The notes under the pieces are model-generated. The model did not search any database. It saw only the letters and a list, made by a program, of their open reading frames with translations, and had not been told where the DNA came from. This document shows, piece by piece, positions 31,646 to 46,500 of a DNA stretch of 64,000 nt. Location of the stretch: NCBI GenBank assembly GCA_048128005.1, contig JBEUKZ010000016.1, forward strand, positions 434,001 through 498,000, read 5' to 3'. The first letter of the stretch is position 1. Each line of letters begins with the position of its first letter. A program made the position numbers and the translations under genes. Source of the DNA: Veleropilina oligotropha (lineage: Eukaryota).

Positions 31646-34600
31646 CAGAGGTGCCAACCCAAACAGGCGAAAAATAGCATTCCACGTCAAAAATAGTATT
31701 TTTAATAATACACGAGCCTAAACAAAGTCAAATGCGAGTGTTATATGTCTACTTATACTTCTAGTACTACTAACTGACAGTGAATTACTAATACAAATAT
31801 TTTTTTTAAATATTAAATGTAAAAATATTTGTGTCACCATTCTCAAATAAGACATTGTATTGATAATAATTAACAAATTATATATTATGGATGCAAATTT
31901 TTCATATTTTTAATCATTTGATCATTTATTTACTACATCACTGTGAAGAAGTATTCATAAAATTAATTCCCCTCAAGTTACCATTTTTCACGGATTTCGA
32001 ACTAGGACAAGAACGTCCCTTCTAAGAACAGGGGTGCATTGTAAACTGACAATCGCTTAATAAACGCTGACATATCCGTTACAACGACATGTAATCGCTT
32101 ACAAAATGGCGCGTAAACATTCCGATTTCATGAATCAACTATTTATTTGTAATAAGAAACTTTGACAATTATTCACACAGGATAAGCTACGATACACCGT
32201 ACTAGTTATATAAGACGAGATAAAATTATATCAGGAGCAGAATGGTAATAAATTAAATTATATTTTCTTAATAATTGTTTTAATTTTTATTTGCTAAAAT
32301 CAATATAATTATTATTATTTAACTAGACGCTCAGTCACGAGTGACCGTATATGTATCCCCGGTAATGCTTTAAAATCCAAGATGGAGGCCACAGCGGCCA
32401 TCTTGGAGGTCGGACCACACCCAAAATCTCTAGGTGTCGTGTCCTCACACAAACCAATGCATATACCAAATTTTAAAACATTCCATTAAGAAATGGCCTG
32501 TATAGAGCGATCACCAAGAATCTCTCGGAGGCGGCCATCTTGAAGGTCGGACCAAAGCCAAAATCTCTAGGTGTCGTGTCCTCATCCAAACCTATGCACA
32601 TACCAAATTTGAAAACATTCTGTTAAGAAATGACCTGTCTAGAGCGATCACAAGCAATTATGGTGGTCATGCATGGCGGCCATCTTGGAGGTCAGACCAC
32701 ACCCAAAATATATAGGTGTCGTGTCCTCGCCCCAACCAATGCACATACCAAATTTGAAAACATTTCGCTATGAAATGGGCTGTCTATAGAGCGATCACAC
32801 GGAATCGTGCTTTAAAATCCAAGATGGATGCCACAGCGGCCATCTTGGAGGTCTGACCACACCCAAAATCTATAGGTGTCGTGTTCTCGCCCCACCCAAT
32901 GCACTTACCAAATTTGAAAACATTCCGTTAGGAAATGGCCTGTCTAAAGCGATCACAAGAAATTATGCTTTAAAATCCAAGATGGCGGCACCAGCAGCCA
33001 TCTTGGAGGTCCGACCACACCCAAATTCTATAGGTGTTGTGTCCTCGCCCCAACCAATGCACATACCAAATTTGAAAAAATTCAGAAGAAACAGCCTGTC
33101 TAGAGCGATCACAAGGAATTATGCCTAAAATCCAAGATGGAGGCCACGGCGGCCATCTTAGAGGTCGGATGCCACCCAAATTCTACAGGTGTCGTGTCCT
33201 CGCCCCAACCAATGCACATACCAAATTTGAAAACATTCTGTTAGGAAATGGCCTGTCTAAAGCGATCACAAGGAATTATGCTTTAAAATCCAAGATGGCG
33301 GCACCAGCGGCCATCTTGGAGGTTGGACCACACCCAAATTCTATAGGTGTTGTGTCCTCGCCCCAACCAATGCACATACCAAATTTGAAAACATTCAGAA
33401 GAAACGGCCTGTCGAGAGCGATCACAAGGAATTATACCTAAAATCCAAGATGGAGGCCACGGCGGCCATCTTAGAGGTCGGACGACACCCAAATTCTATA
33501 GGTGTCGTGTCCTCGCCCCAACCAATGCACAAACCAAATTTGAAAACATTCCATTAAGAAACGGCCAGTCTAGAAGGATACAATAAGGCCATATGACAAT
33601 GTTTCGCGCTGTCAACAGTTGCTTCAATCAAAATTTTCATGTTTATTGTACCCAGGCTTCAGAGAATGATAGAGGCGGCCATGCATCTTGCAAGCGCTAA
33701 ATATTATAAGTATCTCACTTGAGGGCAAACAAGCGATTGCAATCGGCTGAACTTCAGCCAGTCATAAGACAAAGCGCTTTAATCGCTTGGCAATTTACCA
33801 CTAAACAGCAATCCCAGTAAGATTCCTTACTATTCGGAATGAATGGAAACCGAAATATTCGCCCATATTCATCTTTGTAAACCTTTCCCCTGACTTTTAC
33901 TGCAGTTGTGACTTTATTGAGCGAATGTCCATGGATCCATCTCGAAGCATCTCGCTGTTCTGCCATGTGTTCAGGATCTCCAGCAAAACGTTTTTCAAAA
34001 GCGCTTTGCACGCTTATGAATGCTCTTTGGTGTCAAAAACGTTTTCCAAAATGGCCGACATTATTTTATCCAATTGATTTACTGATCAATGATTGTGCTA
34101 ATGATAACACCTTTACGCCTGCCAATCCAATATCAATTATCTCAGTGGTGAACTTCCATGCTATTAGAGCTGGTCAGTGTTTATCACTACGGGACACACC
34201 AATCCTTATCGAAGGATATATATTGACACTTTCGTCCCGTATTACCGAAATTTTGATCAAATAAATAAAATTCTTATAGAACTTCCAAACATCAACATCA
34301 ACAATTCTTGTAAAATTTGATTGTTAGTACAACTAGCAACTATAAATAACAACGACGTACGATATACAATTGTTTCCTTTCATGTCACCAGCTGCTGCTT
34401 GACTTATCGGTCATTATTATTGTTTACATAATATTTGCATATAATTCAATGCAAAACGCAGAGTTGCGTAGTTATCTGCCCTTGCTAGAATTTGTCGAAT
34501 ACAGTATACAAACAAGTGGTCAAGCACCATAAGCTATCACTAGAAACTTTAAATTAAACTCCCAAATGCACTCAATGTTGCAAAATAAATTTGACATTCA

Positions 34601-35142
34601 GTCCTTTATTCACAGTCGGTCTTTCGTCCGCCATCTTGGTCACGCGGTGTGTAACCTACGAAAGTTGCACGCCGTGTGAAAATTGTTTTCAGAAAGCGCT
34701 CTGCTAATTGAACGACAAAACGCAAAACGTTTTGTGTTTAGACAAAACGTTTTGCATCCTGAACACACAGCTGCTTTGCCGTCCGCCATTGAAACTTTGA
34801 TGAAAATTATTCAAAACGAGGCTGAACTGAATTTGTTACGAGGCATGGGATTTCCCGACCTAATTCTTATTTCCGCGTTGCTTTTAATGCTTTTCGTCTG
34901 TGGGCAGATATATCAATATCCGTTTTTCTGAATAAACTACGCAATAATGAAGGTAAATTGATACCACTAATGTGTAATATATATTCGTCTGATAATTACG
35001 GATTAGGTTATGTTAATGTACAGAAAACACAAAAAGCCATAAATATTATTTTTTCATAGGCATTATTCCAGCATTTGTATTATCGTATTTCGGTGTAAAA
35101 ATCGGACAAAATACGATTAAATCGTATTAGTTGGCTCCTCTG
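31646..35142. mobile_element. Non-autonomous TIR element (superfamily uncertain) containing a family-B repeat array
   Basis: Ends CAGAGGTGCCAAC / GTTGGCTCCTCTG; GTGA on both flanks. Confidence 0.55.
32321..33575 (+). repeat. HINE/Helentron-associated-like element, family B, ~8 tandem ~156-bp units; other copies near 775-960, 6960-7305, 11370-11690, 39950-40535, 43215-43750, 56412-56802
   Basis: Head aactaga..cgctcagtcacgagtgaccg..tgtatcccc; units ccaaccaatgcacataccaaatttgaaaacattcc...ccaagatgg..gccatcttggaggtcggaccac; the 56412 copy ends ggggatacaat. Confidence 0.75.
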
Positions 35143-36567
35143 GTGACATCAAACTATGTATGTACAAGCATACTACATACCTACCAACCAACAGTATAAT
35201 GTAATACATACAGGGTAGTTCATAAGTCCCTATATGAACTGGCTGCCCGGTAGTCGTGTGGTATCATGTGCCGACTCTGAACGCATTGGCTCGATTGCAC
35301 TATATATTATTTCATTCTAAAGGTGGCCGGGTAGTCGTGTGGTCTCGAATACCAATTCTGAAATCACTGGCTCGATTTCGTCATATATTTGAAATTATTT
35401 GAATAACACGGCATTCATAGAAATGAAATATTATTTTATTTATGCAATCAAAACAATACCAATAAATATTATAATTAAATATATATATATATTAAACACC
35501 ATAAAATAATTATATAATACAACCTTAAATATTTACAATGCTTATTATATATATATATATCTTCAGTTAAGTACAATATGCACAGCCTTAATTACTTAAT
35601 TACTTGATCAGCATAGTAACATATGTTGTCATAACAAAATTAAACATAAAAAAGCCGATTATCATTAATCCTCTTATACTTTTAAAATTGCTTGCCGACA
35701 ATCCAGATTACCTTTACGGTTATAGGCCTAATAGCTATGTACTTTGCCGATAAACGCGAACTTGTATTAAATCACTCCAGCTCAGAGCATGTCAGTTGCG
35801 CTAATCCCTATTATTTGGCAACTCTACTGAAACTCTTGATGAAACCGCCATTCTCGCTAGTAATTAAACAATAGACGGTTTCATAGCATTTATTCCCAAT
35901 TAATTTGCTTTATTAGCTCTATGACATCTAATTCATGGTGAACTCCGGGCCTACATCAAATAGATCACAAAGTTGATTCGAAAATTATTCGTAGAAATTG
36001 AAATACCCGGTGCGAGATTATTTTGTAACGCAATATTAAGAGCTATGCAAGTCGGAAAACACTCGTATATTTCCGTAAGTGGCTCCCGAAATAACTGCGC
36101 GACAGCTATCAACACAAAAGCACGCGTCAATGTTTCAACAAAAGAACGCGGAGTGCTTGTGGTAAACAGCGTATCAAACGAATATTTTGACAATAATCTT
36201 TATGCTCTATCGCGTTCTATCTACACAATTTATGTAGAGGTATATTGTTACAGCATCTACTGTATTTGACGAGTTGACGACTTTTTAAACGAGTTCCGTT
36301 TACCGACTCCAACACTATTGCGGATAAGAAATAACATTGCGAAAATAGCTGTGAGGGAGAAATCAAGATATTCCGGTAGGAATATGTCATTTCGGGAGAT
36401 TTCGGGAGTAGGCCATTTCGATTTCGGGAGAAATATACTCCCGGCGGGAGGTATCACATGTATGGGTCAGTAACAACATTGACCCAATTATTGTCAACAG
36501 GCTTATGCCAATTTGGCGGTCAATGCAACAGACAAAAGCGACTGCATGCTCTCTTTTTTACCACCAC

Positions 36568-37088
36568 AGCACTCTCACAAACACCAGGCACTCTCACATC
36601 TCACTCTCACCACGGCACTCTCACAAACACAAGGCACTCTCACATCTCACTCTCACCACGGCACTCTCACAAACACAAGGCACTCTCACATCTCACTCTC
36701 ACCATGGCACTCTCACAAACGCATGGTACTCTCACCACGGCACTCTCACAAACACAAGGCACTCTCACAAACACAAGGCACTCTCACATCTCACTCTCAC
36801 CACGGCACTCTCACAAACACAAGGCACTCTCACATCTCACTCTCACCACGGCACTCTCACAAACGCATGGTACTCTCACCACGGCACTCTCACAAACACA
36901 AGGCACTCTCACAAACACAAGGCACTCTCACATCTCACTCTCACCACGGCACTCTCACAAACACAAGGCACTCTCACATCTCACTCTCACCACGGCACTC
37001 TCACAAACGCATGGTACTCTCACCACGGCACTCTCACAAACACAAGGCACTCTCACATCTCACTCTCACCACGGCACTCTCACAAACG
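36568..37088. repeat. Compound minisatellite built from CACTCTCAC modules
   Basis: Tandem ggcactctcacaaacacaa / ggcactctcacatctcactctcaccac units. Confidence 0.95.
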
Positions 37089-37546
37089 CATCCTTCACAA
37101 GGATTCAGTCATGAGAAAATATTGCACATGCCAGGGTATCGTTAAATTTTCATTAATTTAATTAATAGTTTATTTATAAATTATATGGTTACATTTTCGA
37201 TCGTTAAATATGTCGGAAGTAGTCAATAGATTAGAAAATTAGGTAAACTGACAATAAAGCAAATGGTCATGAAAAGCTATAAATGGAAATTAGGCACTCT
37301 TTTGCAAAAAATGTTAGGAATCCCTTTATACTTTACCCCACTGTATGTTGCATGAAATCATTTGAGACATTCCGGCCACATATGAATTCCTTTGAAATAA
37401 AAATTATTATATTATTGTGCGACCAGCAAATTGTGTTAAGTTATGTGAATCCCATCTGTGCGTAGAAGAGTACTTTCACAGGTGAACATTTCATTGCGAA
37501 TGTCCCATACAATCATTATATATAGAAACATCTAAATATTACTAAA

Positions 37547-40500
37547 TTAATGGTTTGCATGGGACATCGCATGTATTATCAGGAGAATTCGCATTTTGAC
37601 TGTTTGAGCTGAAAATAAAATCTCCCTTTAATCAACATTATGATAATTTAAACAACTATATTTGTAACAGTATACTTTATAATACTGTAACAGAGCCTGC
37701 ATGGAAACTGGATAAATTTAGACATAGACATGTCCAAATTATTCGGTGAAACACACTGGCTTCAGACAGTTATGAACAGCTGTGACTGGTAACTCTACAA
37801 AGTTTGGGCAGGGATTCGAACTGAAAATCCCACATTAGAAAGAACAGGCTGAGACAAACATTGGTGTGAATTTAATTATGATTGTTCAAACCATTTGCAG
37901 ACATCTTTGATTTCCTGAGGGATAAAAAAGGGCATTAACTCTGTCATTGCTTGTAGAAGATACCTCCTTCAGTGATGGAGGACCTTAATTTCTACAACTT
38001 TCTTACTGCCAAATGTGGTGTTACAGCAAACTTTCTGCATACATTATTCTTTTATTTAAAGTTAAAAAGTGAGAGCAGCATATTCCCATTTGAGATGAAA
38101 ATAGAGTGATGACCATTTTCACAGTTGTGCAAGATGAAATAGAGGAATATTGTACCAAATGCGGTCAAGTCCAAAAAGTAGGTCGCAGTGACCTACTTTC
38201 GATATGTGACACACTTTTGGGTAAGGACGCATACACACATCAAGTTTCGTGTCCCTTGGTCAAATAGTATGGGAGATATGAAGAGGAAGGGAATATTGAA
38301 CCAAATGTAGTCAAGCGTGAAAAGTACATTGCGGTGACCTACTTTTGGTGTGCGACACACACTTTTGGGTTATGATGCATACACACATCAAGTTTCGTGT
38401 CCCTCGGTCAAATAGTATGGAAGATATGGAGCAGAAGGGAATTTTGGATTAAGTGGTCAAGCTTGAAAAGTAGGTCGCGGTGACCTACTTTAGGTACGCG
38501 ACACACTTTTGGGTTATGACGCATGCACACATCAAGTTTTGTGTCCCTCGGTCAAATAGTATCAGAAAGGAATTTGCAACAGATCAGCCGACAGACAGAC
38601 TTCAATTGTGGAAGCATAATGAATCTCTTTTCTGTGTAGGAGATTACCACTTTACATATATCAACATGTCACAGTGCAGTGAATGGAACTATCAAAAGTG
38701 TTCAAAATTCACTACTATTGTCATGTGCATGCACTATGAGCATATACAACTTACCAACGGTTCGCGTGGCACCGAGATCATCAACAATGGCATTGATGTC
38801 TTGAGCTGGAAATAAAAATTACACATTACCTTTCATCAACATTATGCTAATCTGTCTACACTGACACTGATATAATAACATCACAAACATGTGTTAGTTA
38901 ACACTCTAAGACACTTTCACCAGATATCATCAAGACTCGAGCAACACCAATCACGATAATCTGCAATGTGCAAGAGCAAAGCTACAAGAAGCATATGACA
39001 CAATCACTGAGGACGGGGTCCAAAGAATGACACAGTATACAGAGAAAGAAGGCATGGCGAAACCTGGAAGTCGATCGACAACATAATAGAAAGGAAATCT
39101 GTACTGAAAGATGCTAGCAAGGAAGAACAGGTATAATTGGATAGAGCATTTCAAGAAACTTCTTGGGAAAGATCTGGAAGTGGAGGGTGATCCAGATGAA
39201 AACATCTCTATGATCCTGCCAAACCTCATCCATCTGTGCCTTCTCAAAAGAAGAGTACCTCTCAACAGAGAAGAAGCAGACACTGGACAAGAATGTGAGA
39301 CCAGACTGAGTAACACAGTGGTTCTTTAGATCGGCGACTTGAATGATGTAATATATATTGGAATTCACCACCAAGAAACCAGATCAGTGGTGATCACCAA
39401 ATCATTCCACTACCGAAATCAGGGGATGTCAGCGAGAGAGTAACTACAGGGGAAATGCGATATCAGCAAGAGCATCAAAGATCATGAACAGGATGATCTT
39501 GCAGGCCACATTTTATGAGTACAAGCTTAAAACTTTGTGGAAGAGATTTACTTCACTGAGAGCAAGTACACACTAGTACATGACATTGTATTATATAACT
39601 CCATGATTATTATAGCGCAATATCTTCTTTACACTTCATGCCAAATTAATTTCACAGTCATATAGCAGAAGTTCAGTTATCTTAGCACAGTCAAAGGACA
39701 ATGCTTACCGTGAGCATTTGGGGACATGGCATTGCCTTGAAAAGATGCCGATGTCGTAGCAAGGCCATCATCAGGTTCTCCTCCCACTGTTTGAGGTCTG
39801 ACTAAATGACAACACAGATTAGGTTAATTTCATAAGTACATATAGGCTTTACTTTACTTCATTACAACATCTCAATATATAACTTTCTTGGTATTACCAT
39901 CAAACAACTGTATGAAATGGTTGTACTGACTAACCAAATTAATGTTATATTCCATTAGGAAATGGCCTGTCTAGAACGATCACGAGGAATCTCTATAATT
40001 GTCGGGTCCTCACTCCAACCAATGCACATACCAAATTTGAAAACATTCAGTTAAGACATGACCTGTCTAGAGCGATCACAAGCAATTATGGTAGACATGC
40101 CGGCCATCTTGGAGGTTGGACCAAACCTACAATCTATAGGTGCAGTGTCCTCACCCCAAACAATGCACATACCAAATTTGAAAGCATTCCGATAAGAAAT
40201 GACCTGTCTAAAGCATTCACAAGGAATTGTGCTTTAAAATCCAAGATGGAGGCCACAGCGGCCATTTTTGAGGTCGGACCACCCCCAAAATCTATAGGTA
40301 TCGTGTCCTCATCCCAACCAATGCACATACCAAATATGAAAGCATTCCGTTAAGAAATGACCTGTCTACAGCGATCACAAGGAATTATGCTTTGAAATCC
40401 AAGATGGAGGCCACAGCGGTCATCTTGGAGGTCGGACCACACCCAATATATATAGGTGTCGCGTCCTCGCGCGAGTCTTCCCAACCAATGCACATACCAA

Positions 40501-43500
40501 ATTTGAAAACATTCCGTTAAGAAATGCCATGTCTATTATTATGATACTATTACATGAGCATAATCGACTAGGGGACAGCTACACAACTTTGGGTAACTCC
40601 TCTTGATGTGAATGCGAATCGGGGCAGAACATCCAGCTATAAAACGTGGTTTTGAATGCAATCGTTCACGTTAAAATTACCTTTTTAACTAAAGTGATTA
40701 TCTAACAATTGGAATACTCTGTTGAATTTTAACTTGTGAATCATCAAATGAATAGGTGATAAATACAAACAATACACCATTTGTACTTTTCTTTTGAATG
40801 TAAATTACTTAAGGAAGTGGAATCAGTATCTTTATTGTGTGTTAACAAGTTTCCAAAGGCTAGCATGACAGTGTACGGTTTTGGAGATAATTTTCTGGAC
40901 ATATTAGGACAAATGGAATGCTATACGACGCTGGGCCAAACTTTTTCGTAGCACAGAAATACAATAAAAGGTAAAGATGGATAAACTTGTACAACACAAT
41001 AAAGAATGAAGACATAATTATGTCTTTGTTTTGAATTGCGTGTATTGTCCCATTGACAGTACAGTGTATATTATTGAACAGCGATGGTCATAATTATTGG
41101 GACATGTCATATTACTGTGTGATGAAGGCATGGAATATAACGTGAAAACCACCAACTTGCACATTGATTAACATGACTAACCGACACCTCTGGGGGCTTT
41201 TATGAAGTCAAATGAAACTCATAACATTGAGCTAATATTAGAAGCACCTAATTATTTTAATCAATACACTAATGAAACAACAATTTAGAATGAAGTATTC
41301 GTTGATCGATTTTTAATACTCCATTTTTACCTGCGTCTAGCAGGGTCAATGAATGGTACAAGTTGTTGTTGTTGTTCTTGTTATTACCTGCGTCTAGCAG
41401 GGTCAATGAATGGTACAAGTTCTTGTTGTTCTTCTTGGGGGGAAGACAATTTTGAAATGATTTCAACCAGATCTTCCACCTTTTAGGCGACTTCGACAAC
41501 AAACCAATTTGAAAAAAGTGCATGACCACTTGATGTATGAATTGAGAGATGCTGCCTAACAGAATAGCAAATTACCATGACAGCCTCTTTGATGAATAAA
41601 TATTAAATCATACAGAAACGTGGTCTGTATTATATGTATCACACATGTTTCACAGTAGTAAAAGAGGTATAACAGTTAAACATTTTAAGATTTTGCATAC
41701 TTTATTAAATTATAATTAATCAACTTTATTATAGTTAACTAAGTCTGTCAAAGGGGCGTCAAAGGGGCGTAACTCTTGAAAAACAATTTGTGAATTCTAT
41801 GAAATCATACAGAAACATGGTCTGTAATATGTATCACACATGTTTCACAGTAGAAATTTTGCTTATGACGCAGGTTATTGCACACATTCTGTGCTTGTTA
41901 ATGCCTTTCAGGGTATACCAAGACACGTCCATATGTCCTAGCTGTTAATCCGAGCAGTCGGGCGAAATAGGAGCCTTGATGTTATCCATTACATATTACA
42001 TTAATATTTTGATTAGCTAAAGTAAGAATGATCACATTTCCACTTATAAATCAAGGTTTAAACATAAATACACAACACAATGGTATGTACTATATAATAA
42101 CTGATGCTGTTCTAGACTTACTTAGTTGACACATGTCGGCTACTGTTATCACAAAACTTCCACTTTGACAATGGCCATTTGTGGTTTCTGCATTCCATAA
42201 GTACTCTCCCTCGTCTGATGCTTCAATCCCCTGAATCACCAATGCAAAGCTTGTGCTACGCGCACGGTCACGTCGCATTTTGTTTCCAGATAATAGCGAA
42301 TGAATGGTGAATTTGTTGATCGCATCACCATTAGCTATGGCAATAGCTCTAACCATCAATTGCACACCTGTAGAACAATTACATTTCTTAAGCAAATGCA
42401 AAACAGCATCCTTTAGTCGAAGTGCCGAGTACTCAGGTTAGGACAATTGCTTCATGTTCCATCTAACGCCCTTTGGCCTTCAGGGTCGTACTGTTATGTC
42501 AGTACCAGGATATGACGATATATTATTGCAGGCTGTATACACGTTTTCAAATCAAAATACACAATTGTGCATATACATACATGTATACCTGCAATATCAT
42601 GTAATTGAATTGAATATGACATGTTGAGTTGAGTTGACAACTTTCTTTTACGACCCCTGTGGCAATTTTTCAGCCTTAACGTGGTCGGGACACCAGGTTT
42701 AAGGTCTCACTCTGATCAGACCGACATACATTAGGGATATATATACCATCTATTAGTTTTAAGCCTTAGACTAAACCAGGCCGGAGCGGGCTTGAACCCA
42801 CATCCTACCGTCACTCTAACCAGTTGAGCTATCGATGACCATTGAATTGGATCTAGTATTTCCACATGAATATCATATCGAATGCGAACCATAGATCATT
42901 GCACAACAATACACTATTATTGTGTGTATATATAATTGTAAATATGAGCAGGAATTAAGAGTCATGTATAATTTAACCTACCCACAGTCACTGGATTTTC
43001 AGGAGAAATTTTAACTAAAACAAATTCACTTTGCTGATCTGTGAAAAAATAATAAAAACATATATTCATGAGCAATAATATAAAAAAATAAGGTAACAAG
43101 AAGGCATCAATATTCCCCGCATTGATACATTCACAATAATTACTTGCTTTTATGATCTTGGATCTACATTGTTTAAATAATAACAAGGAGAAATAATCGC
43201 TGGGGGAGACAATAACTAGAACGCTCAGTCACGAGTGACTGCATATATGTATCCCCCGGTAATCACAAAATCTATAATTGTCGTGTCCTCACCGGTGCAC
43301 CCCAACCAATGCACATACTGTACTAAATTCGAAAGCATTCTGTTAAGAAATGACCTGTCTAGAGCGATCACAAGGAATTATGCATTAAAATCCAAGATGG
43401 ACGCCACATCAGCCATCTTGGAGGTCAGACCACACCCAAAATCTATAGGTATTGTGTCCTCACCCAACCCAATGAACATAACAAATTTGAAAATATTCCG

Positions 43501-46500
43501 TTAAAAAATGGCCTGTATAGAGCAATCACGAAGAATATCTTGGCGGCAGCCATCTTGGATGTCTATAAGTCTATAATCTATAAGTGTAGTGTCCTCACCC
43601 CAACCAATGCACATAGCTAATTTGAAAACATTCCGTTAAGAAATGACCTGTCTATAGCGATAACAAGGAGGTTGGACCACACCCAAAATATATAGGTACC
43701 GGTATCATATCCTCGCCCCAACCAATGCAGATCAGAAATTTGAAAACAGGTTCAAATCATTTGTATCCTGTGACAATAGATCTGGGATATTATGGTTTAG
43801 TCATCGTTTGGCTGCCAAAAATATTTTTAATCTCGATCATATATAAAATATTATAATAAGATATTGTTTATTTCTGTGTATCTGAAACGTGAACCGGTAG
43901 GAAAGACTTATTTGTCTAGTAAAATTTGTAAGTATGCCATTCCATGACATGTTTTTCGGTGAGTTTGTCTGAATTATTTTGACAGAAATGAATGGAGAAA
44001 GCTACTTAAAGATATTATTTTAAGCATTATATTTTTTAAAAATAATACAAGTTTCTCTTCCCCAAAAATCAGTTTCGGACAAGGGCACCAAATTGGTTAA
44101 AGATGATGCATTACTTAAATCTTCAATGTGGTAAAACAGTGATACGACATACGCTTGTACATGCAGTTAAAAAAGCTCTTCACCAAGCTGATCAAGTTGA
44201 AAATGGTATGTTCTGTCCATTACCGGGTAAATGAACAAATTGAAAGTCAACTCTACATATTAAACCACCATTGGTGTCGAATTTTTCACGCTTTTAAAAA
44301 ATTCCCGTTTTCATGCATTTTTGTACCAGAAACATGTCTAAAGCAGAGGTTCATGATAGCAATCGATGTTATCCAATTAGCCCGAAGAATTATTTACCTT
44401 AATTGCTTCAATTAGTCCGAAGAAATCTTAAATTGGCTTAATTGCTTCCCCTCATCGATGACGTTTATTTAACGGCCCAAGCTACTTAATGACCATTTCG
44501 CAGTATTCTTTGTTGATACGCAATTACTGTTCCAAATACTGTACTAGTATTTCAGTTTAAGAATATCATTTATTCTTAATAATGGCATTTTAAATGTAAT
44601 AAATGTAAAACAGCATGTAGGCAACGCGTTTATCGCAAAACGGAAATTACGCGAAAGGAAATGACGTTTCGCGTTCCTTTAAAAGATCTTTTAAACCTGG
44701 TTCAACAGTTTCAAAGATATTAAATGCAATAACATAGTGGTCTCGTTTTCGTTTTCATCCATGTATAGCAGTTTACGAACGGTATGATATTTTAAGGTCA
44801 CATGGCATTTGGATAACACTGCGCAAAACACAAAGGTAGTTAATTGTACTAATTGGTAATAAATACGCCATGTGTGTGCATACAATTACAAAATACTTAT
44901 TCGAGTTAATGGTACAATTGTGGCTATGTTCTGTTAGATTCATAATGTGCGGAAGTCAGGCCATTAACCGACGACCGCAAATAACTTTATTGCAATTACC
45001 AGTAATGAGAACAAAGATCCGAACAACATCGCACAATTCAAGAATAACGGTACAATACTTTTGTCGCACGGGCCATTGATGCAAATCAGAAATATTGGCG
45101 AAATCCATCAGGCCAATCTTCGACTTGCTACCCACCCACTGATTATCTTTAAATTTCCGTTTTTTCACATGCCCCGCTTCGAATCGCATTTCACATAGCA
45201 GAAGAAACAGTAATAAAGGAAACGTACTTATCATGCAATGCATTACATATTTATCTTGTCCCACTTGCCTCTTAGAGCAGAAAAGCCGATCCGATAACGA
45301 TAAAAGCGACATTTGTTCGTCTCTTGGTCCACATCTTCAAATTCTGCAGGATCTGATCTGACAAATGACCGATAAATACATTATTTGTTCAAGTTATGAA
45401 TCACAGTTGTCCATAACTGGTCTGAGAGGGTGGGTTTTCCCGGGCGTCCGGGCTTTCCTACCGTGATAATATGAACATGTCCTGGTTGGAACTTAATGGT
45501 TGGAAATATACGGGACAAGAAGCATCGATCCTTTCCTTTCGTTATAGTATGACAACCTTACCCACTGTGACAATGTTGCTTGTTGCGTGACCTAAGCTCT
45601 TTGTGTCATCCGGAGTGGCCGTTGTTACTTCTACTCGATAGATATGGCCAGGCATCACAGGAACCAAATAACTGTTTTGCACTGTTGCGTCATTGATGAT
45701 TACATCGCCGCTGTTTATCCACGAACCAGACGGGTCGGGCTCCTGAAGCTGGATCCTGTACTTCGTAAACCCTCCGGTGGGATTAGGATCAATAGTCACG
45801 AGCAGATGGGTATCGTCAGAAGCCACACGGGACAATGTCACGGAATGGGGATGATCTGGAACTAAAAGACAAACAACGAAACATAACCATGCCATGTGAT
45901 ATATATGCACCTCGTATTACACTGAAGATATATGTACATTGTTCTCTCTACAAATCTTATAGTGATTGAATACTTGTAAATTATACGTAATTTATAAACG
46001 TTTTATTTTCAATTTAGTTTAACAAGTGGCGTATGTTATCGAGTGCATCGATGATGCCAAAATGAACGTATCGGTAAAGAGCCTCCTGTGACAGGAAATA
46101 TGAAATAAGTGCATTCTGTCTTGAGATATCACACTAACAACATGTATGTAACAATATAACTGTAGGCGATTAATTTTTGTGTACATGTTTATGTGATAAG
46201 ACCTCGGGTCTGTTGTTGTTGTCATAATATGACCTAGTGTTGATCATGAGTAGTACGTGTAAGCGCGTGTTTTTAGAAGTGTGCCAGTTATATATGTTGT
46301 GTGACAAATGGCTTGTTGCACGCAATAACCTAAGTGTCCTTTTCAGCAAGGCGTGGCTCGAAAATGTTACGCAATAAACTATGGGTATTGTCGGGAGATG
46401 ATTTGCATGCATTATTTGCAGTGTCAATTTCAGTGATATCTTGTATAAAGGCAGGCGCATGTTTGTATCGGGTTCACCACAGTCGATGCTCGTGTTCAAG

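Noticed and set aside
33754..34264. Possible coding remnant inside the 31646-35142 element
   Set aside because: Short ORFs with no motif I can recognise.
35240..35390. tRNA genes (also ~17325-17390 and ~53500-53580)
   Set aside because: Only degenerate tRNA-like SINE heads; no complete cloverleaf.
36458..37161. Three overlapping ~210-aa His/Thr/Ser-rich ORFs
   Set aside because: Artefact of a stop-free CACTCTCAC minisatellite open in all three frames.
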